Shown here: one piece after another, positions 27,965 through 38,159 of the stretch | How positions within the stretch are numbered: position 1 is the stretch's first letter | Layout: every line of letters starts with the position of its first letter | Assembly (NCBI GenBank): GCA_041741515.1 | Contig: JBGSJY010000012.1 | Coordinates: 9,256-73,255, forward strand | From: Pirellulales bacterium | Lineage (GTDB): Bacteria > Planctomycetota > Planctomycetia > Pirellulales > Lacipirellulaceae | Length of the DNA stretch: 64,000 nt | Reading direction: 5' to 3' | The notes under the pieces: model-generated | Database searches by the model: none | What the model saw: only the letters and a program-made list of their open reading frames with translations | Told to the model about the DNA's origin: nothing | Made by a program: the position numbers and the translations under genes

Positions 27965-29035
27965 ATGCGACCGACACCAAAACTGACGTTCGCGGCCCTC
28001 ACCGTGCTGAGTTTGAGCGCCAGTACGGGCTGCCATTTGGTCTACCCGGGCCAATGCAAAGACGGCCCCGCGCCGTGCGTCCCGCAGAGTATCCCGCGGG
28101 AGCTCTCTAAAGCTGTCCTGCCGGACTACATTATCGAGCCTCCCGACGTGCTCGAGATCGACGCTATCAAGATCACGCCGAAGCCCGACTACCGGCTCGA
28201 ACCGCTCGACGTCGTCGCGATCGCCGCGACGGGGCTCCTGCCAGAAGAAGCGATCACCGGCGAGTACGCGATCCAGCCGAACGGGACGATCCAGCTGGGC
28301 TTTACGCTCGGCTCGATCACGGCCGCCGGCTTGACGGTCGAAGAGTTCGAAGCCCAGCTGAACCAACGGCTCCAGGCGGTCTACAAGAAGCCTCAGGCAT
28401 GGGTGACGATTAGCCAGCTGGCTGCCCAGCAACAGATCGCCGGAGAGCACCTCGTCGCCCCCGACGGGAAGGTCAACCTGGGCACCTACGGACGCGTTAA
28501 GCTCGTTGGCCTGACGATCGAGGAGGCCCGGGCGACCCTTGAGTCCCATCTTTCGGCCTACGTTGAAAATCCACAGATCAGCGTCGACGTGCTGGGCTAC
28601 AACAGCAAGGTCTTCTACGTCGTCACCCAGGGCGCCGGTCTCGGCGATGGGGTGGCAATACTTCCCGCCAAGGGCAACGAGACCGTCATCGACGCGATCG
28701 GCCAGATCCAGGGACTCGATTCGATATCGAGCACCCGGATGTGGGTCGCCCGTCCGGGCGGCAATAGCTGCGGCGGCGACCAGATCCTGCCGGTTGACTG
28801 GTTAGCGATCACTCAGCGCGGCGACGTCGCGACGAACTACCAGTTGATGCCGGGCGATCGACTCTTCGTCTCAGAAGACAAGCTGGTGGCCTTCGACACG
28901 CGGCTCGGGAAGATCATCTCTCCGTTTGAGCGCATCTTTGGATTCACCAGCCTTGGCGCGAATACCATCCGTTCCGTCAACACTGTCAACCAGCAAAACG
29001 GTGGCGGCTTCAACAACGGCTTCAACAATTTCTAG
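27965..29035 (+). CDS. polysaccharide biosynthesis/export (Wza-like) lipoprotein
   Basis: lipobox-like STGC; YIIEPPDVL, two poly_export units (IQPNGTIQLG, VAPDGKVNLG), NYQLMPGDRLFV. Confidence 0.85.
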   Translation: MRPTPKLTFAALTVLSLSASTGCHLVYPGQCKDGPAPCVPQSIPRELSKAVLPDYIIEPPDVLEIDAIKITPKPDYRLEPLDVVAIAATGLLPEEAITGEYAIQPNGTIQLGFTLGSITAAGLTVEEFEAQLNQRLQAVYKKPQAWVTISQLAAQQQIAGEHLVAPDGKVNLGTYGRVKLVGLTIEEARATLESHLSAYVENPQISVDVLGYNSKVFYVVTQGAGLGDGVAILPAKGNETVIDAIGQIQGLDSISSTRMWVARPGGNSCGGDQILPVDWLAITQRGDVATNYQLMPGDRLFVSEDKLVAFDTRLGKIISPFERIFGFTSLGANTIRSVNTVNQQNGGGFNNGFNNF

Positions 29036-29076
29036 GTCACAACGGCTCAAGTCGTAAACTGATCGAAGTCGGACGT

Positions 29077-29721
29077 ATGCGGAGAATCTCAGTGCCTAAA
29101 ATATCCGTAACCGTCGTCGCCCTGTCGCTGGCCGTTTGCTGTGGCTGCCATAGCGGCCCCTGGGGAAAGCGCGAGCAGGAGTTGAGCTGCCCGACGGATG
29201 TGCGCAAGAGCCTCCATTGGTGCTGGGGCGAAGACGCCATCTTCGATTGCCCCTGCGGGCCCGATGAAGCGTATCATGGCTACAAGCCAACTTGCTGGCA
29301 TGATTGGCAAGCGCCGGCGACGGTTTGGCGGGACGAACGGTGCGGCGGGCCCTGCATGAACTCGCAACCCGTCGGGATGCAGATCATCTCTGAAAGGACG
29401 GTGTCGCCGGGGATGTCGCCGACTCCCGCAGGTCCCGCGATGAACGGCCGACCGGTCGCGCCCCTGCGCGATGGAGAGGAAGTCGTGCCGCTTCCTTCCC
29501 TTGATGACTCGGACGCGGGTGACCTGGACGAGCCAGAGTTCCCAGAGCTCTCCTGGAAGATGGAACCGATCGCGAATTCCTCCGTCGCGAAGAACATCCC
29601 GCTCATCGGGTCCCCCACTTACGAGCACAAGCGCGTGGTTTACGAGCAGCAGTCGGAGGTGCAAGAGCAGCCCAAGCGTTTGCCGACCGCGAACAATTTC
29701 GGGTTCACGATTATCCGCTAG
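29077..29721 (+). CDS. Cys-rich hypothetical lipoprotein
   Basis: signal ending AVCCGC; CPCGPD..YHGYKPTCW motif; codirectional with wza. Confidence 0.65.
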   Translation: MRRISVPKISVTVVALSLAVCCGCHSGPWGKREQELSCPTDVRKSLHWCWGEDAIFDCPCGPDEAYHGYKPTCWHDWQAPATVWRDERCGGPCMNSQPVGMQIISERTVSPGMSPTPAGPAMNGRPVAPLRDGEEVVPLPSLDDSDAGDLDEPEFPELSWKMEPIANSSVAKNIPLIGSPTYEHKRVVYEQQSEVQEQPKRLPTANNFGFTIIR

Positions 29722-29754
29722 CGCCGTGGCGGGCACGCTAAGCGGCGGGGATCG

Positions 29755-30834
29755 CTACGAAACCAGGCGGATGACGTGCGGCCCTAGTCGTCTTGACGCC
29801 CAGAGTGGCAGCTTTTTCCACAATTGCTGGGCGAGGCCGAATCGGTCGCCGTTCTCTTCGGCAGGATTTCGGCTTGCGTTCGGCGCATAGGTCAGCCAGT
29901 TGAGCGGGGCCTCTTCGGCGCCCCACTGCATCTTGAACTTGTGCTGGCCGCTGCCGATGCTGCTGCGGCCGAAGTGGAACCAGTCATAGCCCGCTTCGCA
30001 CGCGTCGGCCAAGATTCGCCAGTACATCGCGTGGTTGACGCACCTCGAGTTGTACTCCCGCAGGCTCGAGGCCCAAGGGATGTCGAGCGACGGGCGGTTG
30101 TCGAGGACGATCCCGGCCCCGACAACGACGCCTTCATGCCGCGTGCAATAAACGCTGGCGCGCCCTTCCAGCCCATCGACGAGCGCCGCAAAGAACCGCC
30201 GGCTGTGGGAAGGGCTGCCCAGGTCACGCATGTTTCGCGAGTAGACGCTGAAGAACTCATCCACCAGTTCGCCGCCGCCGCGCTCGGTGTCGAGCCCGCT
30301 CTTCTCGCCCTTCCGCACTTGGTTGCGAACCTTGGCGGAGAGCTCCGTCCACAGTTCGTCGGCGGTCGGAGCGAGCCGTCGACGGAGCAGGACTTTGTCG
30401 CCCGCCGCGGGACGCCATTCGTCAGAGAACTCGATGCTCTCGGCGGTGATCGGCAGCTTGAGGAGGAGTTCGCAACGGCGTTGCTTCGCCAGCTGGACCG
30501 CGTGATCCACCAAGGCGGCGACTGCTGAGGGATCGCCGCTGGGACCAGCTTCGTCGACCCATGGGAGAGACGTCAGCGTGACACCAAACAGGTGACTTGA
30601 CTGGAGAACGACGGGTAGCGAGCCGACTGGGACCTTGCCGCGCATCGCCGTCAGCCAGTGGGTCTTCAGCTTGTACACGGCGAGTGCGTCATGCCACGCG
30701 GGTCGGTGATACACGCCGTGAGTGAGCGCATTGACTGCGTCGCAGTATCCAGCGTAACTATCCTCGACGCGGACATCGCCGCGTCGATCGACGGCGCCTC
30801 CATAGTTAGGCGTCACAGTCAGAGATTCAGGCAC
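29755..30834 (-). CDS. FemAB-family (GNAT) XrtA/PEP-CTERM system-associated protein
   Basis: LFG..LTSLPW, KVRNQVRKG, NMRDLGSP, PWASSL, FHFGRS..FKMQWGA; GTG 30834 overlaps the upstream stop. Confidence 0.88.
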   Translation of the reverse strand: MPESLTVTPNYGGAVDRRGDVRVEDSYAGYCDAVNALTHGVYHRPAWHDALAVYKLKTHWLTAMRGKVPVGSLPVVLQSSHLFGVTLTSLPWVDEAGPSGDPSAVAALVDHAVQLAKQRRCELLLKLPITAESIEFSDEWRPAAGDKVLLRRRLAPTADELWTELSAKVRNQVRKGEKSGLDTERGGGELVDEFFSVYSRNMRDLGSPSHSRRFFAALVDGLEGRASVYCTRHEGVVVGAGIVLDNRPSLDIPWASSLREYNSRCVNHAMYWRILADACEAGYDWFHFGRSSIGSGQHKFKMQWGAEEAPLNWLTYAPNASRNPAEENGDRFGLAQQLWKKLPLWASRRLGPHVIRLVS

Positions 30835-32713
30835 TTGAGCCGACCGATTCTTCCACAAAGTGGCTTTTGGGGGCGCTGCCGTACGAAAGCAATACGAACA
30901 CGCACAGCAGGTAGTAGTACAGCGCGAGGCGAGGCGAATCAATCACGCTATCGATCACGCCTATTCCGAGCAATCCTATTAGCGCGCATGCCATCGGGGC
31001 CGCCGTTGGGTCTGCGGCTCGTAGTGCGACGCCAATCAACCAAAGGCAGCGTAGAGTTAACAGAGCAAATGCTGACAGCCCGAGCCAACCCTGTTCAACC
31101 AACAGATGCACCGCGAGATTCTTTGCATGCCAGTTCAGGTGATCGTCGGCGGACCACCACCAGTAGTCATTGCCGGCACTGAAATCACCGTTTCGGATCA
31201 ACTCTCGGCCGTCCGGGCCGGTTAGCCGAAGCCAATCAATCTCGATAGGGGCGTTTGTACTTCCGGCGAAGCTCAGTACTACTGGTCTGGAAATCGAGGC
31301 AGCAGGGAGTCGCGTACTTTCTATTAGACTCCCAACCGTTCTAGAACTGACTCGGCTAGACTCGACTACCCATTCACCAGGGGGCGCCTTGTCAAGGAAT
31401 CTTCCAAACTGCACGAAATCGTAAGATTGCAGAAGGCATTTTTCATAGATTCCTATCTCTAGCTTGTCGGATTCAGTGTGGCGACGCGCACGCAACTTCA
31501 GCTGATACTCCGTTTCAGGGCGTACATCAACGTACTGAGCCAAGTAGAGGGGTTGCGTGCGTATGACATCTAGTTGCGGACCTTCCGCATCGGACGTCAT
31601 GCGGTAATTGCGAGCGCGGTCGCCTAAGGCGCTCGTCCTGAGGAAGTGTGGAATCCGCCCACTCCCCATCCCTAGTCCCTGGTGAAAGGGCGAGTCTGCG
31701 ACGAGCGAGAGGCAATGTCGCCAGTGGTCAAGTCGGATCGTGGCGTCAGGCGCCGTCGACTCGAAGCGGGCGTGGAATGCCGGCGCCCATACCACCGTTG
31801 CCAACCCCGCGGCCGCAGCTGTTGTCAGGCAAGTGGCGCACATCCAAGCCTTCCAGCTGCGAAAGCGGGTTGAGATCAGCCAAGCTGCTACGAGGAATCC
31901 CACTTGCAATGCTGCGACGATGACGGGAGCTCGCGACAAAGTCGCAAAGATCGAGTAAGCGGCGCCAATCGCTGCCACGAGGCAGGCTGCACGCAAGAAG
32001 AATGAACGGGTGGATTGATAGACTAGCAACAACAGTGGCGCAGCGCCGACTACGTAGGCGTCAAGATAAGCTCCACCGACGTGCATGTCAGCAAATGGAC
32101 CGGTAGGCCTGAAGTCGACCTCGGTCGCAAGCAATCCGCAGAAGCGATGCCGCTCCAAAGCTACTGCGATAAATGTCTGGAGGATTCCAACTCCCGTACC
32201 CGCAGCGAACGCGAATGCCGCCGACTTCGGAGGCGATGGAAGTGATGTCAACAACACTAGGAGTCCCGCAGCGTATGCCATTGGCTTCGCCAGTCGCAGC
32301 GCATTGAAGGGACTGTCGTAGGGATTCCAGTAGCCTTCCGGCAACGAAGCCGTCTCGGAGAAAGTGATCCAGACTCCAAAGGCATAGGATACGGCGACCA
32401 AAACCAAGATGGCCGCGTCGAGCCACGAGAGACACCAACGCCTGCGAAATGGCGTCGTCCACATCGCGCCGCCAATGGCCGCCATAATCCACGCGTCAAA
32501 CTCGTTGACGTAGAACCTGCCTGTCCAAGGGGTAAGGTCGAGCGCCGGAATCGCCATGGCTACCCAGGCGAAAGCCAGCAGCGGCCAACGCGCGGAAGTC
32601 GCCAGCACCGTCGCGGATGTTAGCGAAACCCACAACGCTCCGTAGGGGAGCTGAAACGAGATCGTAAATGACGCAACAGCCAAGAGCAGTGCAAGACAGC
32701 GGTGAAGCATCAT
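30827..32713 (-). CDS. O-antigen ligase (Wzy_C)-family membrane protein with periplasmic insert
   Basis: DLTPWTGRFY, MHVGGAYLDAY, ATLSRA, RLDHW..GMGSG, HAKNLAVHLLVEQGWLG; ATGA overlap. Confidence 0.8.
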   Translation of the reverse strand: MMLHRCLALLLAVASFTISFQLPYGALWVSLTSATVLATSARWPLLAFAWVAMAIPALDLTPWTGRFYVNEFDAWIMAAIGGAMWTTPFRRRWCLSWLDAAILVLVAVSYAFGVWITFSETASLPEGYWNPYDSPFNALRLAKPMAYAAGLLVLLTSLPSPPKSAAFAFAAGTGVGILQTFIAVALERHRFCGLLATEVDFRPTGPFADMHVGGAYLDAYVVGAAPLLLLVYQSTRSFFLRAACLVAAIGAAYSIFATLSRAPVIVAALQVGFLVAAWLISTRFRSWKAWMCATCLTTAAAAGLATVVWAPAFHARFESTAPDATIRLDHWRHCLSLVADSPFHQGLGMGSGRIPHFLRTSALGDRARNYRMTSDAEGPQLDVIRTQPLYLAQYVDVRPETEYQLKLRARRHTESDKLEIGIYEKCLLQSYDFVQFGRFLDKAPPGEWVVESSRVSSRTVGSLIESTRLPAASISRPVVLSFAGSTNAPIEIDWLRLTGPDGRELIRNGDFSAGNDYWWWSADDHLNWHAKNLAVHLLVEQGWLGLSAFALLTLRCLWLIGVALRAADPTAAPMACALIGLLGIGVIDSVIDSPRLALYYYLLCVFVLLSYGSAPKSHFVEESVGSSA

Positions 32714-34122
32714 GCTGACAAACAACCTGGTCGATCCTCCCTTGTCTCTATTCTGGCCTGCCCACCGTCCGAAGCTTGCGATAGACGGCTACGAGAGAGC
32801 CAGCGGTCGGTTGCCTTCCAACCAACGACTGTGGCGGCTCCCGCAATCAGAACATCCGTAATGTCGGGAAGGTGTGGTCCGACGTAAACTTGAGCGAGTT
32901 CGCCGATACATCCAACAGCCAATCCCACAACTAGGGGGATCGCGCCGGAGTACCTGCCGGTCGGACGCCGACGAGCGGCTCGCAGGCATACCCCCAGAGG
33001 CAAGAAGACGCACGCCTTCAGGATCAGGTTCACGAACGATTGAAACTCCGGACCGTAGTACATCGCGGCAAAAGGCGGCTGAGAGAAAGCCGACCAGCGC
33101 CGCGCGACTTCGCTCGACGTTTCGACTATCTGGTAGGGCGCCAAAAGCACTGCCAGGGCGATTGCCGAGTACGCAATCGCTGCTCTTAGCCAGAATTCGG
33201 GGCGCACTGCCTGGTCGATGATCCACGACACAAGGGGCGGACGCGAACTAGGCGAGATGGCCCAAGAGTAACTAACCGCTCCCAGCGCGGCGCCCACGCC
33301 ACCAGCTAGGATTGCCGTCGTGGAGCTCGTACGCGAATAAACAAACACCTGCAGAACCTCGATAGCGAACGACACTCCGAATCCGATGGCGCTGCCGCCG
33401 GCAATGGCGGGGGCTATTCGAGTGGCTGCGACTTGGCGTCGGCGACTCGCCGCGAGCCAACCGAGGGGGGCGAACGACGCCACCTGTAAGAACCGTTTGA
33501 GAATCGGCACCGCCCCCAACTCGAAGTCGACGAAGGGCATCCAGACGACGCTCTCTGGCTTCGCAAGCTTCATCTGCAACTCGTGGCGAGTCGTCACGAA
33601 GTCGAAGGGGGCCGCGCCGTAGATCAATAAAGCCGCGGTATACAACGCTAGCGCAATCCCTTTTCGTTGCAGGCGGTGATGCGAGGCAAACCGACGCACC
33701 TTGGGCAGTCCTACCACCCATGCAACTCCCATAAGCACTCCCGACACGGCGCCGATCACTTCAGCACGCACGTCATTCTGGCTCACGGTTCTCGGTGGGA
33801 ACCAGAGCTGCGTAAATTCCAGTCCTACCGCCAACAGTATCGTTGCGCTGAAGAGGGCTAACGCTACGATCAACTTCACTGCGGTTGACCGCGAAGCGGC
33901 GGAGCCGGCAAGCACCGCGCAGAAACCCAGGGGGGTATAAAGAAACAAGTTGGCCAACCAGTCGGCACGATTGCCGACGCTAAGATTTAGGTCCGGGATC
34001 TGTCGGAACCTAACTAACGCTTCGTCGAGCGACAGGGGTTGGAAATTGAGCGGCACGAGTGATCCGTACGCCACCAACGCGGCACAGCCAGCCCAGACCC
34101 CGATCCACTTGTAGCCGATCAT
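32710..34122 (-). CDS. multi-VanZ domain membrane protein
   Basis: three repeats ending in PLG (NLFLYTPLGF, FAPLGW, FLPLGV); EFTQLWFPPR; ATGA overlap. Confidence 0.82.
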   Translation of the reverse strand: MIGYKWIGVWAGCAALVAYGSLVPLNFQPLSLDEALVRFRQIPDLNLSVGNRADWLANLFLYTPLGFCAVLAGSAASRSTAVKLIVALALFSATILLAVGLEFTQLWFPPRTVSQNDVRAEVIGAVSGVLMGVAWVVGLPKVRRFASHHRLQRKGIALALYTAALLIYGAAPFDFVTTRHELQMKLAKPESVVWMPFVDFELGAVPILKRFLQVASFAPLGWLAASRRRQVAATRIAPAIAGGSAIGFGVSFAIEVLQVFVYSRTSSTTAILAGGVGAALGAVSYSWAISPSSRPPLVSWIIDQAVRPEFWLRAAIAYSAIALAVLLAPYQIVETSSEVARRWSAFSQPPFAAMYYGPEFQSFVNLILKACVFLPLGVCLRAARRRPTGRYSGAIPLVVGLAVGCIGELAQVYVGPHLPDITDVLIAGAATVVGWKATDRWLSRSRLSQASDGGQARIETREDRPGCLSA

Positions 34123-35360
34123 TGGCCCTCGCAAGCCCTTACGGGATGAGGCGACGTTACGCGGCCGGGAGCGACGCCCAGATCGCGATACAACGCCGCC
34201 ATCTTTGCCATCCGCGCAGCGAAGCTGTACCGGGACTCGATCACCTGCCTCGCCGCGGAGGCGAGACGTCGGCGTAGGCAGTCCTCTTCGAGCAATCGCC
34301 TCAGAGCGGTAGCGAGCGCCGGCACATCGCCGATCGGGACAATCAATCCACTGACGCCGTCTTCGACCAGCCGTGGCACGCCGGCGACGCGAGTTACTAC
34401 GACGGGTGTCTCCAACGCCATCGCTTCAAGCACGACGTTGGGCAAGCCCTCGCGGAGGCTGCTCAGCGCGAAGACGTCCATCGCCTCGTACCAAGCCTGC
34501 GTGTCGGACTGGAATCCGGCGAAGCGAACATGCGATGATATTCCATGCTGGTCGGCTAACGCCTGCAGGTTACTGAGCTGATCGCCTTCGCCAACGATCA
34601 CCAGCATCGGTTTTGGCCCTGTTGCGTGGAGCTTGGCGACCGCCGCAATCAGGTGGTCGAAGGCCTTCTCGGGAGAAAGGCGCCCCACGGCCCCGATCAA
34701 CGGCACGTCTTCTGGCAGGCCCAGGGTCCGTTTTGCCTCGGCCGTGGAGCGTCGACGCCGGAACTGCTCGGTATCGATCGCGTTCTCGATCAGCAAGGAG
34801 CGGTCTTCGCGAACCCCGAAGCCGCGGCACTGCTCCAGCAGGTCGGGAGAGACGCATACCACCCGCTCGTAGCGTTTGAGCGACCAGCGGTCGAGTTGGT
34901 GATAACACCGTGTCTTCCAAGTAAGTTCTACCCAGCCGTGGACTGTTGTCACTAGCTGCATGGAATGCCATCTCTTGACAACTAGGCCCAAGAGGTTGGT
35001 TTTGTAGTCGTGGGCATGCCATATCTTGACATTATGAGATCGGCAGATCTGCAATGCCTTCAGAACAACTCGCCAATCGAAGGGCCCCCTATCGTCAACT
35101 TCGACAATGGGTGAGCCCCAATCCACCGCTCGCTTCCGGATCGCCTCGAACCCGTTGTCATTCGGCGGACGAAGGAACATGCAAGCGGATTGGAATCCCA
35201 AATGCTTCAGCATCCGGGGTGAGTTGAGGATCGTCTTGTCCGGACCACCCCCCGCGCCGGTTATGACGCGTGCATGCATTACGAACGGCATGTCCGCGAC
35301 AACTTCCGCCGGCGAAGCTGTCTCATCATCCAATATGCAGGTCTCGTTTCGTATCGCCAA
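34119..35360 (-). CDS. glycosyltransferase family 4
   Basis: GGGPDKTI, HAHDYK, VGRLSPEK, SLREGLPNVVLEAMA. Confidence 0.9.
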   Translation of the reverse strand: MAIRNETCILDDETASPAEVVADMPFVMHARVITGAGGGPDKTILNSPRMLKHLGFQSACMFLRPPNDNGFEAIRKRAVDWGSPIVEVDDRGPFDWRVVLKALQICRSHNVKIWHAHDYKTNLLGLVVKRWHSMQLVTTVHGWVELTWKTRCYHQLDRWSLKRYERVVCVSPDLLEQCRGFGVREDRSLLIENAIDTEQFRRRRSTAEAKRTLGLPEDVPLIGAVGRLSPEKAFDHLIAAVAKLHATGPKPMLVIVGEGDQLSNLQALADQHGISSHVRFAGFQSDTQAWYEAMDVFALSSLREGLPNVVLEAMALETPVVVTRVAGVPRLVEDGVSGLIVPIGDVPALATALRRLLEEDCLRRRLASAARQVIESRYSFAARMAKMAALYRDLGVAPGRVTSPHPVRACEGQ

Positions 35361-35365
35361 GTTGG

Positions 35366-36439
35366 TTAGTCTCCTGCCCGCTCAAGACGCGGAAAGCGAT
35401 ACAAGCAGCCTGCGGTACGCCCCAAAAAATAGGTAGACAGAACTGCCGACGTTTGTAGTGCTGACAAGGGATTACTCGAGCCGCACTTTATGATGACGAT
35501 CGCAATCGGCATCAGGAGGGAGGAAAATAGTAACGCTATCCACAGCGAAGCATTAGCGCCCAGCAAGATTGCCAAGCCACTTCCTATTAGACCGCATGCA
35601 AGGGCCGCCGTGTACATCAGTGGGATCAAAAAGCTTGCCCAATTCCTGATGTCATGGGGATTGTTTAGCGCCAGGCGTAAGTTATCGCGTGTCCTCCACG
35701 CCTCTCGAAAGAATACCTCCGATAATGTTGTCGACTCGCCATGGTGGATGAGCGTGGCGTGATGGTTCACGAGCAAGGAGCCTTGCTCAGAAAGCCTGTA
35801 GCCAAGATCGCAGTCCTCGCAAGTAGCCAGGTCTTCGTCAAAACCGCCAATCGCAATGAAGTCGCTCCTGGCTAGCAGCAAGCCAGCACTCGCGATCCAC
35901 TTTACAGACGTCGTTGCGTCGGCCGGTCGCGGCGGCGAAATTCTTGCAAGGGCGCAAGCTACCCATTCCCGGGAAGTCGATGGGGGTATAACGCGACAGC
36001 CAACCGCGACGACGTTTTCTTCGCTCAGCAGAGGTAGACATTGCTCGAGCCAGTCGGGAAGAACTTCGCAGTCCGCGTCGATAAAGGCGATCCATGTTCC
36101 GGTTGCGATCGAAGCTCCACGATTGCGTGCCCGAGACGCACGCCCGGGAGGCGTCGAAACCACCCTCGCTCCGAGCTCATGACAGATCTCGGCGGTCCGA
36201 TCGGCTGATTCGTTGTCGACGACGATCACCTCGACGCCGCTCACCCCCGCAGGCAGGTTTAATTGATAGATCGACTCCAAGCATCGACGGATGAACCGCT
36301 CCTCGTTTAGCGCCGGGATGACGAACGAGACGATCGTTGGACTTTGAGCGTCAATCGTCTCATTCGGCGCGACACTGTTCTCTTGGGCCACTTGAATATA
36401 AGCGTCAGCGGGAGCGAGTGTTCGGCGTTGAGGCGTCAT
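35366..36439 (-). CDS. glycosyltransferase family 2
   Basis: VSFVIPALNEE, VVDNESADRT, ARNRG, FIDADC, GGFDE..EDCD. Confidence 0.9.
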   Translation of the reverse strand: MTPQRRTLAPADAYIQVAQENSVAPNETIDAQSPTIVSFVIPALNEERFIRRCLESIYQLNLPAGVSGVEVIVVDNESADRTAEICHELGARVVSTPPGRASRARNRGASIATGTWIAFIDADCEVLPDWLEQCLPLLSEENVVAVGCRVIPPSTSREWVACALARISPPRPADATTSVKWIASAGLLLARSDFIAIGGFDEDLATCEDCDLGYRLSEQGSLLVNHHATLIHHGESTTLSEVFFREAWRTRDNLRLALNNPHDIRNWASFLIPLMYTAALACGLIGSGLAILLGANASLWIALLFSSLLMPIAIVIIKCGSSNPLSALQTSAVLSTYFLGRTAGCLYRFPRLERAGD

Positions 36440-37560
36440 GCGTATCGTAGCATAGAATCGTAAATCTCTTGGTAGCGATCGAACATCACTTCTTCGGAGA
36501 AGCGGGATCGAGAGTGCGATCGGGCCGCGTCAATTATTGACTGGCGCTGGACGGGGTCGCGCGCTATCCGGGAGAGGCAGTCTGCCAATTGAGCGGCGTC
36601 GCCCGCCGGAGCGAGCAGACCAGTCCGACCGTGATCAATTACCTCGCAAACTCCGCCAACTGCTGTTGCGACGGCAGGGACACCGGCCGCCATCGCTTCA
36701 ATGACTGTCAATGGAATCCCCTCACTGACGCTAGTCAATAAGAACGCGTCGGCGGCTGCCAAGAGCCGAGGGACGTCACGTCGAATTCCTAAGACTTCGA
36801 CGTTATCCCGTAAGCCGAGCTCAGCGATGCGTCGCTCGATCGCCGCCCTTTCAGGTCCTTCGCCAGCTAACAGGAGCCGGAAGCCTTTGATGGATTTGAC
36901 TGCGACTGACGCCGCCATCAGCGCGGTCGAGTGGTCCTTGATCGGATCGAGCCGTGCGACCTGCAGAACGACGAATTGGTCAGAGTCGAGACCGAGTTCA
37001 TACCGTACTGCGACTCTGTCGTGCGTGGTGCGAAGACGCGTAAAGTCAATGCCATTATAGATAACTTCTATCCGTTCGCTCGGTAATCCCTCGTTATGGA
37101 CGAGAGCCGTCTTGACGGATTCGCCTACAGCTACATATCGATCGACTTGTCGTAACATGACGCGGTTGAAGAATGCCCGCTTCTTGCTTGGTACGTCGGG
37201 CCAGAATCGGCCGTGTTCCGTAAATAGCACCCTTGGGCGCGAACCGACCGCCCGGGTCGCGGTGGCGTAAGCGAAAGGCGTATATTGGTGGGCGTGGACG
37301 ATGTTCACACGCTCGTATCGCAAGAACCGAGCCAGCCGCAAGACGCATGACCAATCGAACCCAGGCGACCTGCCCAGGTGGGTGACAGAAACGCCTTCCC
37401 GTCGAAGAGCTTCGCCAAGTTCGCCGACTTGGTCGAGGCAGGCGACAACGACTCGGTGTTCGCGTCGGAGGTGGCGCACGAAGCGATCGACAAGTACCTC
37501 TGCGCCGCCTACGGGTAGCCCGTGGACAAGTTGGCAGATTGTTGGTTGTTCCTTACTCAC
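36436..37560 (-). CDS. glycosyltransferase family 4 (PEP-CTERM-associated type)
   Basis: GGAE, FTEHG, VARLDPIKDH, SVSEGIPLTVIEAMA. Confidence 0.9.
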   Translation of the reverse strand: MSKEQPTICQLVHGLPVGGAEVLVDRFVRHLRREHRVVVACLDQVGELGEALRREGVSVTHLGRSPGFDWSCVLRLARFLRYERVNIVHAHQYTPFAYATATRAVGSRPRVLFTEHGRFWPDVPSKKRAFFNRVMLRQVDRYVAVGESVKTALVHNEGLPSERIEVIYNGIDFTRLRTTHDRVAVRYELGLDSDQFVVLQVARLDPIKDHSTALMAASVAVKSIKGFRLLLAGEGPERAAIERRIAELGLRDNVEVLGIRRDVPRLLAAADAFLLTSVSEGIPLTVIEAMAAGVPAVATAVGGVCEVIDHGRTGLLAPAGDAAQLADCLSRIARDPVQRQSIIDAARSHSRSRFSEEVMFDRYQEIYDSMLRYA

Positions 37561-37912
37561 TACGCGAACTTACTATCCGATGGTGGATTCCTTCGGTAGC
37601 TCAAACATCTTGGAAGGCAGAGCCGGATCCCAGACGCGGTAGATGAACAATGGTCACTACAGTCGACATTGGTGTGGATGCACCGGAGTGTGATCGGCAG
37701 TAAAGAGTGCCTGTCTCACCAGTTGCCGTTAATCAGTCCCGTTGTCGGGCATATCCTACGACTTGGCTTCGCTGCTCGGCGGTGTAGCTCGAATTCTATC
37801 CGCAGAAAAGACACGTAGAGTTGGATTGGGAACCGTTTATCGTGGTGGCTGCGAAAAGCAGGCGGCATCTATAAGTATGACGATATGCGCTTTCTTGATC
37901 CAGCGCGACACC

Positions 37913-38122
37913 CAGGGCCAGCGCGTACAAATGACAACGATGCGGCAAGCTACGCTAACTCGCAGCTTACCTGGTCGCTCTTGACGCATGGGAACGAATC
38001 TGTCCCGTGACATCAAAACCTCTCTTGCGTACCGAGTCCACGCCATCGAGCCTAGCGAGAATAGGTAAATCCGGGGTCGCCGCAGAGCACCCAGTCACAT
38101 TCATCTATACGCGCTGGCCCTA
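37913..38122. mobile_element. 210-bp MITE / internally deleted ISAs1-like element
   Basis: 22-bp TIRs CAGGGCCAGCGCGTACAAATGA (37913-37934) and TCATCTATACGCGCTGGCCCTA (38101-38122), 19/22; perfect 10-bp flanking repeat GCGCGACACC (37903-37912, 38123-38132). Confidence 0.8.
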
Positions 38123-38159
38123 GCGCGACACCATTGCCATCGCACACCTTAATAATGCT

